Positions 24,951-39,105 of a stretch of DNA of 64,000 nt are shown here, one piece after another. The number at the start of each line of letters is the position of its first letter. Position 1 is the first letter of the stretch. The DNA is from Parasitella parasitica NRRL 2501 (lineage: Eukaryota; Fungi; Mucoromycota). A program made the translations under genes and the position numbers. The notes under the pieces were generated by a model that saw nothing but the letters and a program-made list of their open reading frames with translations, was not told where the DNA came from and did no database searches. The DNA lies in assembly GCA_025201805.1 (NCBI GenBank), contig MU619303.1, positions 85,867-149,866 of the forward strand. Direction: 5' to 3'.

Positions 24951-27900
24951 ATGGGGTTCAGGAAGCTAACCGAGCAAGAAGATATCACCAATCAGTATGC
25001 GAATGATTTAGAAGAAGCAGTGCCCCTAACCAACACCAAATCAACGAGCGAAAAACCACAGCAAAGCATCATTGATGATGTGCCTGCTCATCTGGAGCCG
25101 TATCTTCAAACACAAGCGACCTTTGGATTGACCGACGACCAAGTGCACGAGAGAATGCAAAGATTTGGCAGAAATGAATTGGCGGAAAAGAAGCGAAACA
25201 AGCTGCTGCATTTCCTGTCATTTTGTAAGTATATCTCTTGCCGCTGATTTACTCCCTTCCCCCTGAGAATTGCTAAATTTCATCTCACATAGTTACCGGC
25301 GCTATTTCATATCTTATGATATTGTCACTGGTGCTGACGGCTGTAACAGCAGATTGGCTTGACTTTGGCATAATCGCTGGCATGTTGATCATTAATGCTG
25401 TCATTGGCTACGTCGAAGAAGCTCGAGCAGAATCATCCATCGAATCATTGAAAAACAGCCTCGCTCTGCACAGCAAATGCTGGAGGAACGGCCGATTAAT
25501 TGAAGTAAACTCGGCAGACATTGTTGTGGGCGACATCATTGTATTACGACTAGGTGATATAGTCCCTGCAGATGCTCGATTACTCGGTATTGGAGCATCT
25601 GGTGAAGCCATAGAAACAGACATCCAGATTGATCAAAGCTCATTGACAGGCGAATCACTGCCGTCAAAAAAGAAGCCTGGAAACATTGTGTTTTCTTCGT
25701 GCGTTGTAAAGCAAGGTCAGCAGCAAGCCATTGTCGTCCGCACTGGGCCCGATACTTTTATTGGGAAAACCGCTAGCCTAATCTCTGTCACTACGGGATC
25801 AGGAAGATTTCAAAAAGTTATCAACTATATTGGCAACTTTCTCATCATCATTTCTGTGTTGCTTGTGCTTATCATTTTTATTCACGAACTGGTGGAAGAA
25901 AAGGTCGCCACTGGTACTGTCACACAGAGCCAAGTACTGTCCGCATTGAATCAGATGGTTGTGCTGACAATTGCAGCGTAAGTTTATCGAAGAATATACA
26001 CGCAATATCCATGGCTTAAAACTTTATCTTAGTATTCCCGTTGGATTACCCACTGTCATGTCTGTTACTATGGCCATTGGTGCCAAACAGCTGGCAAAGA
26101 AACAAGTGATTGTGAAGAGGCTCACTGCTGTTGAAGAGTTTGCATCAGTGTCAATATTGTGCAGTGATAAAACAGGTACACTCACCAAAAATGAACTGAC
26201 ATTTGACGAACCCTACTTGGCTGGATCCTACGACAAGAACGACATTTTATTGTATTCTTATTTGGCTTCAGAAGTTGCAACAGACGACCCCATCGAATAT
26301 GCTGTGCGCACAGCAGCCGAAAAAAACCACCCACAAGTGAATAACGACGGCAGCCATTCTGTACAAGGCTACAAGATTGTATCTTTCAAGCCCTTTAATC
26401 CCTCAGACAAAACCGCAGAAGCAACTGTACAGGAACTGGCAACCGAAACGAATTTTCGTGTAGCCAAGGGTGCGCCTCAAGTCATTTTAAGCCTAGTCGG
26501 CGGTCATAAGCAGGCCGAGGATACTATCGAAGCTTTTGCTGCCCGCGGTCTTCGTTCTTTGGGTGTAGCAAGAACTGTGAAAGGCTTGAATCAATGGGAG
26601 TTGGTAGGTTTACTCAGTTTGATTGATCCTCCCAGAGAAGACTCTGCAGAGACATTGGCTGAATGTAACCAATATGGTATCAGTGTCAAGATGATCACAG
26701 GCGATCAAGGCGTTATAGCAAAAGAAGTCGCCGGAAGATTAGGCATGGGAAAGAATATCCTAGATGTCGATGAGCTTGTGGACCCCAATAAATCAGAGCA
26801 GGAGCTTTCCGATGCTGTTTTGTTTTCTGATGGCTTCTCCCGCGTGGTTCCAGGTAATTGCTACAGAATACGCTGCAATAAGTAGTACTGACCATTGTAT
26901 ATACATATCAGAGCACAAGTACAAAGTCGTCGAGCTTTTGCAAGAAAGAGGTTACTTTGTGGCAATGACTGGCGATGGTGTCAATGATGCACCAGCGTTG
27001 AAAAAGGCCAATGTCGGCATTGCCGTCGCAGGGTCTACAGACGCCGCTCGTTCAGCAGCAGACATTGTTTTGCTTGCACCAGGTTTGTCTGCCATCATCG
27101 ACGGTATCAAGGTGTCCCGGATCATTTTCCAACGACTCCAGTCCTATGCTTTGTACCGTATCACTTCGACTATTCACTTTTTGATTTTCTTCTTTGTCAT
27201 CACGTTGGCTGAGGATTGGAAAATGCCACCGGTTTTCCTTATTTTGATTTCTCTGTTGAACGATGCAGCAACTCTCATCATGGCTGTGGATAGTGTGAGC
27301 ATTTCCCACTCACCAAACATGTGGCGTCTTCGTCTTTTGCTTGTTCTTTCTTGTGTCCTCGCAGTCGCTTTGGCCGGATGCTCTTTTGCACACTTTTACA
27401 TCTTCCGAGATGTGCTGCACGTTAGCCCTGGAGAACTATCCTCTATCATGTACCTTCATATTTCATCTGGTAAAGTACCGTGTTGTTATAAATCTGAACC
27501 ATAAAACTAACATTACATATATATATAAACAGCCCCTCATTTCGTTATTTTCTCAACTCGCACCAACTCATTCTGGTGGACCAGTATGCCTTCGCTTGTA
27601 TTCACTGCTATCGTACTGGGGACGCAAGTCATTGCGTTAGTTTTGTCAGTTTACGGCGCCTTTGGAGCGGATCCCAACATTGGCAGTATCGGATGGGCTC
27701 GCGGCATGATCATCATTGCTATTTCGCTCGCTACTTTCTTCGTCGTTGATGTGATCAAGGTGGTTACGATCGTTGTTTGGGATAAGTTTGCCAACAAATC
27801 CAGAAATGAATTTACAGCCGTACCTGCATTTGCGAAAACCAAAAAAGGTGCTGCTTCAAGTAAAGCTGCTAAATTCATTCAAAAGCAACACCAACAGCCG

Positions 27901-27966
27901 CCATCTCGTTTTGGATACGACAGGGCCCAAAGACGTGAATCTGATGGCTCTGTAAAGTCCTACTAA
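24951..27966 (+). CDS. PMA1: Plasma-membrane P-type (P3A) H+-ATPase
   Basis: DQSSLTGES, IPVGLP, CSDKTGTLT, KGAPQ, DPPR, MITGD, MTGDGVNDAPALKKA, YALYRI and M6 LLNDAATL. Probably one of several paralogs. Confidence 0.93.
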
Positions 27967-28649
27967 GAGCTGATGCTATTCATATTGTATATATATATAT
28001 TATTTAATTTTCACCCCTTTTTGTGATTTTACAAATATCACAGACATATCCTATTTTCAGTAAAGGTTTCTTTTTCAAAGCTCCCAAAAATGCCTCAACC
28101 ACACTTCAATTGCGCATGTTGTACGATAGTTAATATTCGAACGCAAAACGATGAGCGTTGTTTTGACAACCAAAGCTGAAAACTTGGAGCTTTATACTGC
28201 CCTGCTCGTATTTATTATATCAAGCAATCGAAATATACAGAGCTTAATTTTCTTTTTCTTTTCAGTTATTATGGACGGTATTTATCTTGCCTATCAATTA
28301 ATAAAGACATTTCCTTCCTCACTGCAGATCACTGCTTTTTGGCACAGCGTATGCCGTACATCAACTAATTGCGCTGTAAATTTAATCTCAGCAGTGTGTT
28401 GCCATTTGGCCCAACACAGATCCAGGAAATTATCGCGTAATTCATTGCTAGATTTCTCTAAAAAACATTAGGCATATCGGATATGTATATTAGGTATTTT
28501 ACAACAATAAATAAATTCTGCATCCAACCATATAAATTACATTAATATACAAATAACTTTTTGTATTACCAACTTTCAAATATTCAAAAACCACCTTTTT
28601 TGATAGTTTTTGGCTAAAAGTGGCTTTATTTTGAGCACGTCTTGCCCTA

Positions 28650-28865
28650 TAAACCCAACCAATGGATTCATCACATAATTACCTACACGTCCATATTTTT
28701 TGCACAACTGTAGTTCAACTATTTCTGCCAAAAATCAAAACCTTGTCGAGACCAAATTGAGTCAACGATTTTTCGTCCCTAGCTTTATGCAGCAAAAATG
28801 GAACCTTCAAAAGGGTATTAACCCAATTCCCTTTTCCCCCATTATCACACTCAAAAATGCTTATT
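28650..28865. repeat. Degenerate direct repeat, copy 1 (copy 2 at ~30114-30308)
   Basis: Collinear shared blocks taaac.c.accaat.gattca, ttttgcacaactgtag..caactatttct, tttttcgtcc.tag.tttatg and aaaatg.a.cctt. Confidence 0.75.
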
Positions 28866-30113
28866 TTTTCATGAAACCAAAACCATTTAATAGCTATTTA
28901 GTATCTCTACATTTTCGTTGCAAAAATATATATTTTATATACCCTTTATTGCTTTGAAAGTTATGAAAATAAATCGAGCTTCTGCCAAAAAATTACAAAA
29001 AGATTTTTTTTTCTCTGTAACCGTCTGAAACTTGCACATCTAGTAAAGAATTGCATAACAAACATAATTTAATAATTGCTCAAGTCAAAGTGTATTAATA
29101 GTTTGCTGAGATGTAGGCCCACAAAGTTTAGTGTAAAAAGAGTAAACTGCTCCTAGTTCATTTGAATCAGCCCTTGGTAAGCTTAAGTTATATACCAGTA
29201 GACGTGTAAAAATATGCTTTATATCTTTACTTAGGAAGTCGGATATAATTTACTTGCAAAATTTGAGACTTGTTATAGGGCCATATGCTATAAAATCCAC
29301 AAAATCTTGTTCTGGCATTATCTCGACAACAAAGATAGATATCCAGAATCTAAAAACATAGTGATGTACAGCTATCATATTTGTATTAGGGTATATACTT
29401 GGCTTGGACCGCAAATTCGTACCTAGAAATGACCCTGAAGGTTGACCCAAAGTTGAAAACTGAAAACCCAACAAGAGGTTTGGGGTCCAAACACTGCAAA
29501 ATCTGAAAAATGGTCAGAGGTGCTTGAGGCTCGGATATGTTTTAGAATGGTGTAAAAGAACAATATTTTGGCTAAAGGTTATATCTCTATCGCTTAGTAG
29601 TTTGCAAAGATATTAGAGATTGCAAATTATGCCTTTAAGCGGGGGGAAAAGGTGCTGATCATTGATCAAGAGGCCTTTATTTTAACCAAAACATGAAGCT
29701 ACATAAAATCAGCTTTTGAGACCAAATTATACTATGTCTCAGCTAGCGATTCATATTGAGACAGCTCCAAGTTACCTATTACGATTATGCTTTGCTCCTC
29801 AATTGAAAATAGATGGTGCATTACTGAAGGCCTAATATATGCAGTGCGTAAATTCAATCCCAGCAGTATGTTGCCATTCAATTTCAAATCATGCATCAAA
29901 TCTTTGTTGCTAAATATCCCAACAAAGTATTAGCTATATCTGATATGAGCATTAGTTGTTGTTTGTCAAAAATCAAGATATGTACCGAACCATATAGATT
30001 ATAGCAATATTGATATATATATATATTCATACTACCGATTTTCAAACCTTGAAACAATAACTTTTCGATATTTTCAAGCAAAAGCATTTCCATTATAAGC
30101 AGATGCAGACAAA

Positions 30114-30308
30114 TAAACTCGACCAATTGATTCACTACAACAATACCTCCACTTGCATGTATTTTGCACAACTGTAGCGCAACTATTTCTCGACCGAAAC
30201 TAATCTGCAATTTTTCGTCCTTAGGTTTATGGGTTCAAAATGCAGCCTTTCAATAAAATAGAAATCAATCTCGTTTTTCTCCAATCCCTCACTCATCAAT
30301 GCATATTT
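30114..30308. repeat. Degenerate direct repeat, copy 2
   Basis: Same blocks in the same order as 28650-28865, with a short internal deletion. Confidence 0.75.
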
Positions 30309-30799
30309 CGCTTGGATCATGTCATTTTGTTCATACATCAAAGTATGAAAAAAGTATAGAATTCCTGCAAGATTTTACTCAATTACCAAACTGGTCTTCA
30401 TGGGCATATTTATTATCAAGTAGTTCTATTTTCCATTTTTGTTAAAATATCAATGTACCCTTAAGCGACAAGTTTATTTTTAACAAGCTTCCGAATAAAT
30501 TTAACATTAAACTTATCAGTTGATCAAGATAGATTGGCCTAGTTTGATTTATTTTCACTTGTCCCAGTATCCGATCTGTTAATCCATTTCTCCGACCGGA
30601 AATGTTGCGGGAGGGCAGCAATTCAACAGCACAATCCGTAAAAAAGGATCCAGATTAGCCACATGTGTAGATTCCTTCTTCATTGTTATTATTAAAGTAA
30701 GTACCCAAATACTTGAAAATCAACTAGATAGACCTGTTTGCACGGATGATGATGTTGAAGGATGGATTACTAATGGATGGATGATTTTATCATTTTAGT

Positions 30800-31681
30800 A
30801 TGGCCGACTCAGCTTCTGCCGGTGCTTCTCGTGGTAAGCCCATCATAGCAAAATGTTTGACAGGATGTTCATATTAGTCAATGTAGGACGTGGATTTGGT
30901 CGCGGACGTGGTCAACGTAAGTGAGCAATAATAGAGAAATGTACAAAGTGGAAATACTGATGTAGCAATTCATTATAAAGGTGGTGCCCGTCGTGGTAGA
31001 CGTGGTGAGGAAAAGAACGAATGGGTTCCCGTTACCAAGCTTGGCCGTCTTGTCAAGGCCAACAAGATCAAGTCTATCGAGGAAATCTACCTCTTCTCTC
31101 TCCCCATCAAGGAGTATCAAATCGTTGATTACTTCCTTCCCAAGCTCACTGACCAAGTCATGAAGATCATGCCTGTTCAAAAGCAAACCACTGCTGGTCA
31201 ACGTACTCGTTTCAAGGCATTCGTTATCATTGGTGACGAGAATGGTCATGTTGGCTTGGGTGTCAAGTGTGCCAAGGAAGTCGCCACTGCTATCCGTGGT
31301 GGTATCATCCTTGCCAAGCTTGCCATTATTCCCGTTCGTCGTGGTTATTGGGGTTCCAACCTTGGTGAGCCTCACACTGTCCCTTGCAAGGTCTCTGGTC
31401 GTTGTGGTTCCGTTATGGCCCGTTTAGTCCCTGCACCCCGTGGTACTGGTATCGTTGCCTCTCCCACTGCCAAGCGTGTCCTTCAGTTGGCTGGTGTCAC
31501 CGATTGTTATACTACTTCTCGTGGTTCTACCCGTACTCTCGGTAACTTTGTCAAGGCTACCTTTGCTGCCATTGGTAACACTTACGGTTTCTTGACACCC
31601 GACCTTTGGGAAGAATCTGAATTTGTTAAGGGTCCTTTCCAAGAGTTCTCTGACTTCCTTGCTCAAAAGCAAAGAAAGTAA
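30800..31681 (+). CDS. RPS2: 40S ribosomal protein S2 (uS5)
   Basis: [12 protein letters not shown]|[10 protein letters not shown]|[26 protein letters not shown]...[19 protein letters not shown]...GFLTPDLW. 5'UTR intron 30697-30798; coding introns 30834-30886 and 30917-30980. Confidence 0.97.
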
Positions 31682-33221
31682 ACTTTTACTGCCTTCAGGT
31701 CTTTGGGATAAAAAATGGTATATGCTTTAAATAAATTTACTCTTTTTTTGATAATACCTATATTGGTTTTCTGGTAAATGAAGATTGAGCAAGCTGGGAT
31801 AGCAGCAGAGAGTAAAATTAGAATCGTTATGCGTTGATTTGGTGTCAAGAGCTGTCAACAGGTGACAGCCGAACATGCAGTTTACTGCTATCATTCTATT
31901 CAAGGTGGCTCAATTATACGAAATTAATTTGTTAATGATAAACAAACATTTGATTTGAAAACCATTATTCTCACTTGATTAGGGTTGCTATGTCTTTTTC
32001 TCAGTGCTTTCATATACAAATGAAATGAATACCATTGAAAGTAACAGCCACAAAACCTAGGAAAACGAGCAGTTTATTTCTTTGCGATACTATTGTTCTA
32101 CATAGATCTAGTAGTTGAGTATTACTATTTGTACCGTCCTAGGATTATTGTTTAAAGTTATAGAATGAAAGTATGGGGAGATAACCAATATGGCATAAAA
32201 TAATAAATATAGTTTTTGAATTTAATCAACTGGGATTTGTTATATTTTTATGCAAAGCGTTTTGACCTTATTATGTGATTTGCTCTACTACTCCCATAAA
32301 AAGCTATTCTGACAGAAAGTGTATGGTTGGGAGGGTACATACCTAGTTGATTCGTCCACGCATGATCTCGATAAAAATGTTATTTATAATGGCAAATTTT
32401 GAGGTTGTAGTGTAGCATTTAGCTCATAATTCCACAATGATAAATCGATGTAAAGTTTACATTGCTGGCTATTGTAATATCTTTTAACAAACTCAGAGCA
32501 TTATATGACCAGTCGAATATCATGCAAAACCCACAAAGCTGGAGAAGATTTATTAGAAGCATTTGCCTCTCAAGAATGAAGCAAAACGTTATAAGGATCC
32601 TGAATCACAACACAAACTGAAGAACTAATGTCAGAATGCAATTTTAATTACACATCATTTGTTTTTGTTGTATTAAAGAAAAGAAAAAGCAATTTATTAA
32701 ATCTATTGCACTTTTCTTGGTTCCCAAAGCAACATTAGACTTTGGTACTAACAGGATCAACCGCGAGAAGGCGAAAGTACCTTTAATCCCAAAAAAAACA
32801 ATGATTGTAGACTATAGCCCCCCAATCGAGCCCATCTAGGCGTTGTTAGAGTTCGGGATTGTCTCGCAAGTGATGTTCAAGCTAAGGGCGTTCTCACAAC
32901 CGTTAAATAGAAGGTCACCTTTGCTAATCTTGAAATTCTCCCAACAAAAAATATTATTGTGAGGGAAGCGCCCCTCCAGAGTGTAAGTTAGAAGAATAGA
33001 ATTAAAAAAATTCAACTATTCAACATTAAGGCGAAAAAGAAGAAGAAATAGAAGATTTTATAAATGTAACATCGGCTGGTAATGATTGCCCTACCTTGGG
33101 ACTTCATAACAACTTTAACCCATGTTTTATTTTGTAGCGACCCATTTATTTTGAGGGAGTTCATGCTTCATTTGGAGTCCTTGTAAAAAATTATCACATT
33201 CACAAAAGTAATTAGTCTTAA

Positions 33222-34235
33222 ATGTTTCACTTTACAATGAAGATGAAAGCGCAGCCAGGGATCGGGATGAAGAAGACGACGATCCATATACAATATGAAG
33301 CCCTTACTTCGCCGGATCATCAACAGTTGCTTAAAATATCGAGTGGTGTGAACGTCATTGCCCCAGCAAGGACCGCTCAGAGTTGCGTAAAGAGAATGAG
33401 AGAAGATTCAGAATAGGACATATACGAAAAGCTTACTACCAACAAGGTGAACTGCCCCGCATCTCAGCTGCAAGAAGAGCGCACAACCTTTGTGATCAGC
33501 TTTTTCGATGAGCAGCCCCAAGCGACTGGAGAAGACGCCACGGAGAGTCACAGTTTTCAAAGGCTTTACCTTGAAAAGCTCGCGAGTTGGCACGTTTATC
33601 AAGAATGACTGCAGTTTGACAGTAAAGCCATCCTGTTACCAGAAACTCTAAAATTGCGCTCATCAAAAGAAAGGAGAGGATTGAGAGTGGCTCAAATAGA
33701 CATGGGCCATATGAGTCGCTATATATTTATCGACGAATCTGCATTTGATATCAATATGATACTAGCAACAGCAAGATCAGCCAAGGCACTACTAATCTCA
33801 TATCGTTCGAAGAGCACTTCCCCGCTTCAGGTGTGGTAAACATTGAGATCAGATTGCTTGACTCAAAACTAAAGAGGATTAAAGTCGATGGATCTCGTAA
33901 AAGAAAAGAGCTTTTGCCAAAGAGACTTGCGCCTAAATGCACTGCCACAGGCCACTAAATACTCTTCCTGCAGAAGACAAATGAACTTTATGGACCAATT
34001 TCTCGAGATGAAGGGATTCTATATAGCTAAGAGCAATGAGCTTATCCATTTGGCTGATGAAATCGAAGAAATAGCGTCGAAAAGAGGATACAGAAGCATT
34101 TACCTTCCACCTTATCCCCCCCCCGAACTTAATCCATGGCAAGAAAGAACTAAGTTTAACGGCAGTGATGATATAAAAATGAGAATAGCCGAGGCTTCAA
34201 ACGAGATTAAATCCGTCTACACTCACAAAATGTAG
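33222..34235 (+). mobile_element. Degenerate Tc1/mariner (IS630-like) transposase
   Basis: Frameshifted fragments ARTAQSCVKR (HTH), ISFFDEQPQA, YIFIDESAFDINM (first catalytic Asp) and RGYRSIYLPPYPPPELNP. Confidence 0.85.
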
Positions 34236-34671
34236 TCAAAATCATGTCAACATGTTCTTTATTATATCATATAAATTTGGCTTTTTTTTTTTTTGACTCT
34301 TTTTTTTGGCTTTTGACTTTTGCTTGTTAATTGTAAGCGCAATTTGGCTCTAGAGGTGCTGTAATCGCATAATACAACAATACAAAAACCTGCGTTGGAT
34401 ATTGTTTGAGGGTTCATAAGAAAAACTTGATAAAGAAAGTGATTTGTTTATTTTCTTGAACTTTAATACCATCCCGCTTGTTAAAAAAAAGGGGGGATAA
34501 GTATGTAATTGGGAATTAAGGCGAAACAAGGGGAGTGGAGAAGATTTACATGTATATTAGGAGATAAGAAGAAAGAAAGAGGGATGAGCCTGCTCATATA
34601 AGAATTTTTCAAATGGAATAAAGTTTCTTTGGCATGATTGAAAGAGGTATTGTTGGTAAATGTTTGAATTT

Positions 34672-35945
34672 CTAATTGAGCATACACCCATATTCTTCCC
34701 GCAGATTATAAAAATGGAAAGATCCAATGTAATGAAACTATATTATACAACGAATGAGTTAGAAATAGGTAATTCAATGGGATATCAGATTAACTTACAA
34801 AAATTCCTAAACAAACAAATATATGCCATATGGCATGACTTGTCATACCTGCAGCATCAAATTTACCAGGAAAGAACTTTTCAGGGAAGCGCTTGCCATA
34901 AACAATGACACCACAAACGTACATGAGAGCGCCTAACAAAGCAGGCCTGAGGAAAGTTCCTGTTGCTATGGTACCCTTGACTGTAGTTAAATGTAGGAGG
35001 GGGACAACGCTGGAAAATGCCATAGCAACGAAAAGTCCGATACGAAGGGGTCTGTATCTTTTGGTGTCAAAAAATCTGAAAAAGGGCAAAATTACACCAA
35101 TGCTCCCAATTAAGCAGCTAAACAGCATGTAGCGGGTGCGAGGGATAGGGTCACAGTAGAATCCAAAATGCACAACCATGGAGATAGAAGCAGTGATTAA
35201 AAATGTGATGCCAATGTAATCCAATGTAGCAGTAAAGCTTTTGATATGGTGAGCAGAGTGGCAAACAAAAGTGTGGTAAATGGATGAACATAAAAGACAG
35301 GTTAATGAGGCTAAACAAAAAGCAGTGAACATGACTAAATCTTGATTAGAAGCGTCAGGGAACTTTCTCTGTAAAATATATTTAGTCTTTATCCATGCGA
35401 GTCTTCACTATTGTGTACAAGCATACCTGAAATACATTGACTGAGAGGTACAGAAAGAAAAAGAATCCTAGTAAATGGCTCCAAATATTCATAGTTTCGT
35501 TGTGTAGAGTAAACAAAGATCGAAGGCAGTCTTTGCTGTTGCGATAGAACCGATAACCCGATAAAACATATTGATTTTCTTGCCGATCCTTGGGCAACTC
35601 CTCAATAAGTAATAAACGTTTTGAGCCGAGCATCAAGGCCTTGGCGGTCTCCCAGGTTTCATGAATTTGGCCATCCATATACTCCAAAAAGGAAGGGTCA
35701 TCGTATTCTTCCTTTGTCTTTAATTTGTTATTCACAGTTGCCAAAATCTGAGCTGCTAAAGAAGATCCTGGAACAACAGATGTCGAAAATGAGCGTCCAC
35801 GGGCGTAAGGAACAGTTAAGTTCTCCTTTGCTGAAGAAGCAGAAATGACATGAGATTGAGAATATCGACGCAAATGAAGATTGCTTTGATCTGATAATAG
35901 ATCATCGCCTAAAAGAGGTTGCTCTGCAATCTGTGGTGGTGCCAT
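34672..35945 (-). CDS. PAQR/hemolysin-III family membrane protein (IZH/AdipoR-like), 3 exons
   Basis: ENQYVLSGYR, SLFTLHNETMNIWSHLLG, SSIYHTFVCHS, LDYIGI, RFPEKFFPGKFD, SHAIWHIFV and spliced end FHYIGSFHFYNLREEYGCMLN*. Confidence 0.93.
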
Positions 35946-38041
35946 TCTGTTGTCAATGTACTGTGTATATAGTTTTCGGGTAGAACTTGTTGGATTGATG
36001 ACCTATTCAAATCTACAGAAAATATATATATACACTTGGGAAAAAAAAAGGAAGAAGATACTAGTGAAACAGAAAGAGATGAAAGAAAGATGCTGAGATT
36101 TAGTAGTTCGTTTATATACTAACAGAGACTAGGAGAAAGATAACCAGTGAGGTACCTTCTTTCAGTAGATTCCCCCAAACGGTGTTGATCGCTGGCCAAT
36201 CGGATACTGACGCAGAACTGGTAAGGTACCACTCTTTTTGCTGTTTATCTCCCTAATTTGGTTGAAATCTCATCACTTCAAGGTCTGATTTCTTGTTCCT
36301 GAAATAAGCAATAAATCAAAAATGAAGCTGAGAGTTTAGAAAATTGTCTTCATATGCTTACAGCAATTGACCAGAACGATGTCTACATATTAAAAAATTA
36401 CCTATTATGGTCTTTCAATAATCTGGTTTTGTAAAATTAAGTAGTTTTTCGACTTTTATTAGCTTAAACTATGCAATTTAGTGGTTAACATTACGAGATT
36501 GTATATTAATGTCAAATCAACTCGCATTGTCTAGTAATTCAAATTCTGTTGAACGAATCGATATTAATTTTACATTCTGCAAGACCTTTTATGTATTTCT
36601 GAACAGCTTTTGTGAACTCGACACAGTTTAAAAAAATTCGCCAAAATTAATTCGAAAACTGTTATTTGTTTCGCACTAAAGCTAATCAAACATATCTATG
36701 ATTTCACATATTACAGAATAAAGTAATCTACATTTGGTACTTTACTATACTTCTGGATATCTTTAAAAATTAGCAATCTGTGTACATTTTACGTTTACTC
36801 CTTTGCGACCAACACTCCTTCTTTCCCCTTTTATGTATTGCTCACCGAAAGAATACATAAAGAATATGAGCAAAAAGGTTTGGGTCAAATATAACAAAGT
36901 TACCTTGTAAAGATAAGAATGATTTTAATACATACAACGCACGTTTGATCGAAGGCAACTCTCTTATCTTCAAAATATGTTACATATTTCGTGAGGCTTT
37001 GTTTTTACCGTACTGTTTTAGCACCGATACATTTGATTCAGCTGTTCCAAGGCATTGAACATCTGATTTCCTTTCAAATTAGCGTGGTAAAATATTAATG
37101 GCGAGCATATCCTCAAACAAGGGAAATTGAATGAAAAATCTTTGGCGCTTTATTTGAGTGATTTTTAAAAGGAATTATAAAAGTATAGAATATCTATTTC
37201 TCTGCTGATACTCGCTTTCGCCTGCCATTAAGTGGTCGTTAATCCAATATCCTGATGTCCCCACTTTGCCTAAATTGTAAAATCCGTCAATAGTCGAAGA
37301 AAAAGGTTGAAATTAGGGCACTATTATGGTGTGAGAGAAGCGCAGAAATAAAGAGAATGGCAAGACTAGCAGGTATGCTCACACATGTTTGATCTTGCTT
37401 GATCCGTCCCTCGAAACCGTTCACACCCAACCCTTCAGCATTCTTGGTGAGCTCGTACAGAGGGAGTGAAAGAGCTGTGTCTGCTCAAACTATTACCAAA
37501 TATAAACGTAAGGTGGGTTGGCTGGGTGAATGGAACCATTGTAAACATTGCCGAAATTAGAACATAATACATACTCTGAAGATTATAAGGCAAGTGCCTG
37601 GCACCAGCTATATCATATGTAAACTTCCTATCATCCCTGTAATTGCTTCCACAATACACAAGGCCGGAGCCGCTATTGCTTGTGTCAAAATTTATGCTAT
37701 TAGAATCAAGAAAGCTTCTAGTTTTTAAAAGTTTCTTCATTTCTTAACATGAAGAAAAAAGCCTACACATTGATGTTGGCGTTATTTCATAAACACTTCA
37801 AGAGAAAAAATATTTGGAGATACTATTATGCAGTAAATATTAATTTATATATGCTATTTCTTGTTCTCAAAGTTTATTATGATGTATATTGATATATGCA
37901 ACTTGCAATATTGATTGTTTTTAACCTTTTTTTTTTTCAAAAAAAATGATGATTAATTGCGGTTCTTGAGCAGTCTATTCCATTTTCCTCTTCTTCTTTC
38001 TCTCTTTTTGTCTATATTTTAAATTGAGGTTTCGTACGAAG

Positions 38042-38894
38042 ATGATAACTCCAACAACCTCTTTCTCTTCATCATTAAATGCTACGGCAACAGCATCCAA
38101 GGCAACGACAGCAGATAATTTAACTCCGATTGAAGGGTAAACCCACATACATCAGGTCCACATGATATAGAAAATTAACATATCTATGTGTAGTGTTGTA
38201 TTAAAGGTGGGAATTATTGGAGATGCACAGATTGGAAAGACCAGCTTGATGATAAAATATGCAGAAGGCGTGTATGAAACAGAGTACATTCAAACACTAG
38301 GTGTTAATTTCATGGAAAAAACGATCTCAATCCGCGATTCTGAATTCACATTCTGTATATGGGACCTGGGAGGTAGACTATATTACCCAAAAGCACGTTA
38401 CCAGTGTGCAAGAGTAAATTAACATGCGTTGTAAATAGGTGAAAAGGAGTTTACTAGCATGTTGCCACTTGTGTGTAGTGATGCAGTCGCTATTTTATTT
38501 ACATTTGATCTATCAAGAAAGTCTACCTTAAATAGCTTAAAGGAGTGGTATAGGCAAGCCAGAGGGTTGAATAAGGTTACTAGTTATATTGTGTATTCTA
38601 TTTTATAATTTACTGATAGTATTTTACTTTGAATAGAGTGCAGTGCCTTTGTTGGTGGGTACAAAATACGACGAGTTTATCAATTTATCTGATGCTGATC
38701 AAGAAGAAATCACGACACAAGCAAGAAAATACTCAAAAGCCATGAAAGCTCCACTTGTTTTTTGCTCAACTGCTGAATCAATCAATGTACAGAAGATATA
38801 CAAGCTTGTATTAGCAAAGGTGTTTGATTTAAAGTGTACATTACCAGAAATTTCTGATGTTGGAGCTCCCATTCTTGAATACAAGCATTGCTAA
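38042..38894 (+). CDS. SPG1: Septum-promoting GTP-binding protein Spg1/Tem1 (4 exons)
   Basis: VLKVGIIGDAQIGKTSLMIKY, YIQTLGVNFMEK, WDLGGEKEFTSMLPLVCSDAVAILF, KEWYRQARGLNK, VGTKYD, INVQKIYKLVLAKVFDLKCTLPEI. Confidence 0.93.
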
Positions 38895-39105
38895 TTGAAT
38901 TATTTTTATTTTTAAACCATTTCAATAAAACAATAACAATGTCTATGGGATATTAATAGAAAAATTAAAGCAGTATTATTATTAAGTGGCATGTCTATAT
39001 AATCTATTTTTTCATAATAATGAAAAAGGGGGGGGGGGGTTTGGAGGGTGTCTTTTATACGAGAGAAGCGAAACCAGCCGCATAAATGTGTTAATAATGT
39101 AAACT

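Noticed and set aside
30878-31375. Long antisense ORFs over RPS2 (similar ones over DBP3, ABCC, PMA1 and BCK1)
   Set aside because: Expected shadows of biased codon usage on the coding strand.
36465-36560. tRNA-like fragment (tagtggttaa...cgag ttgta...ctcg...ttcaaattc)
   Set aside because: No acceptor stem and imperfect T and anticodon arms; at best a decayed pseudo-tRNA.
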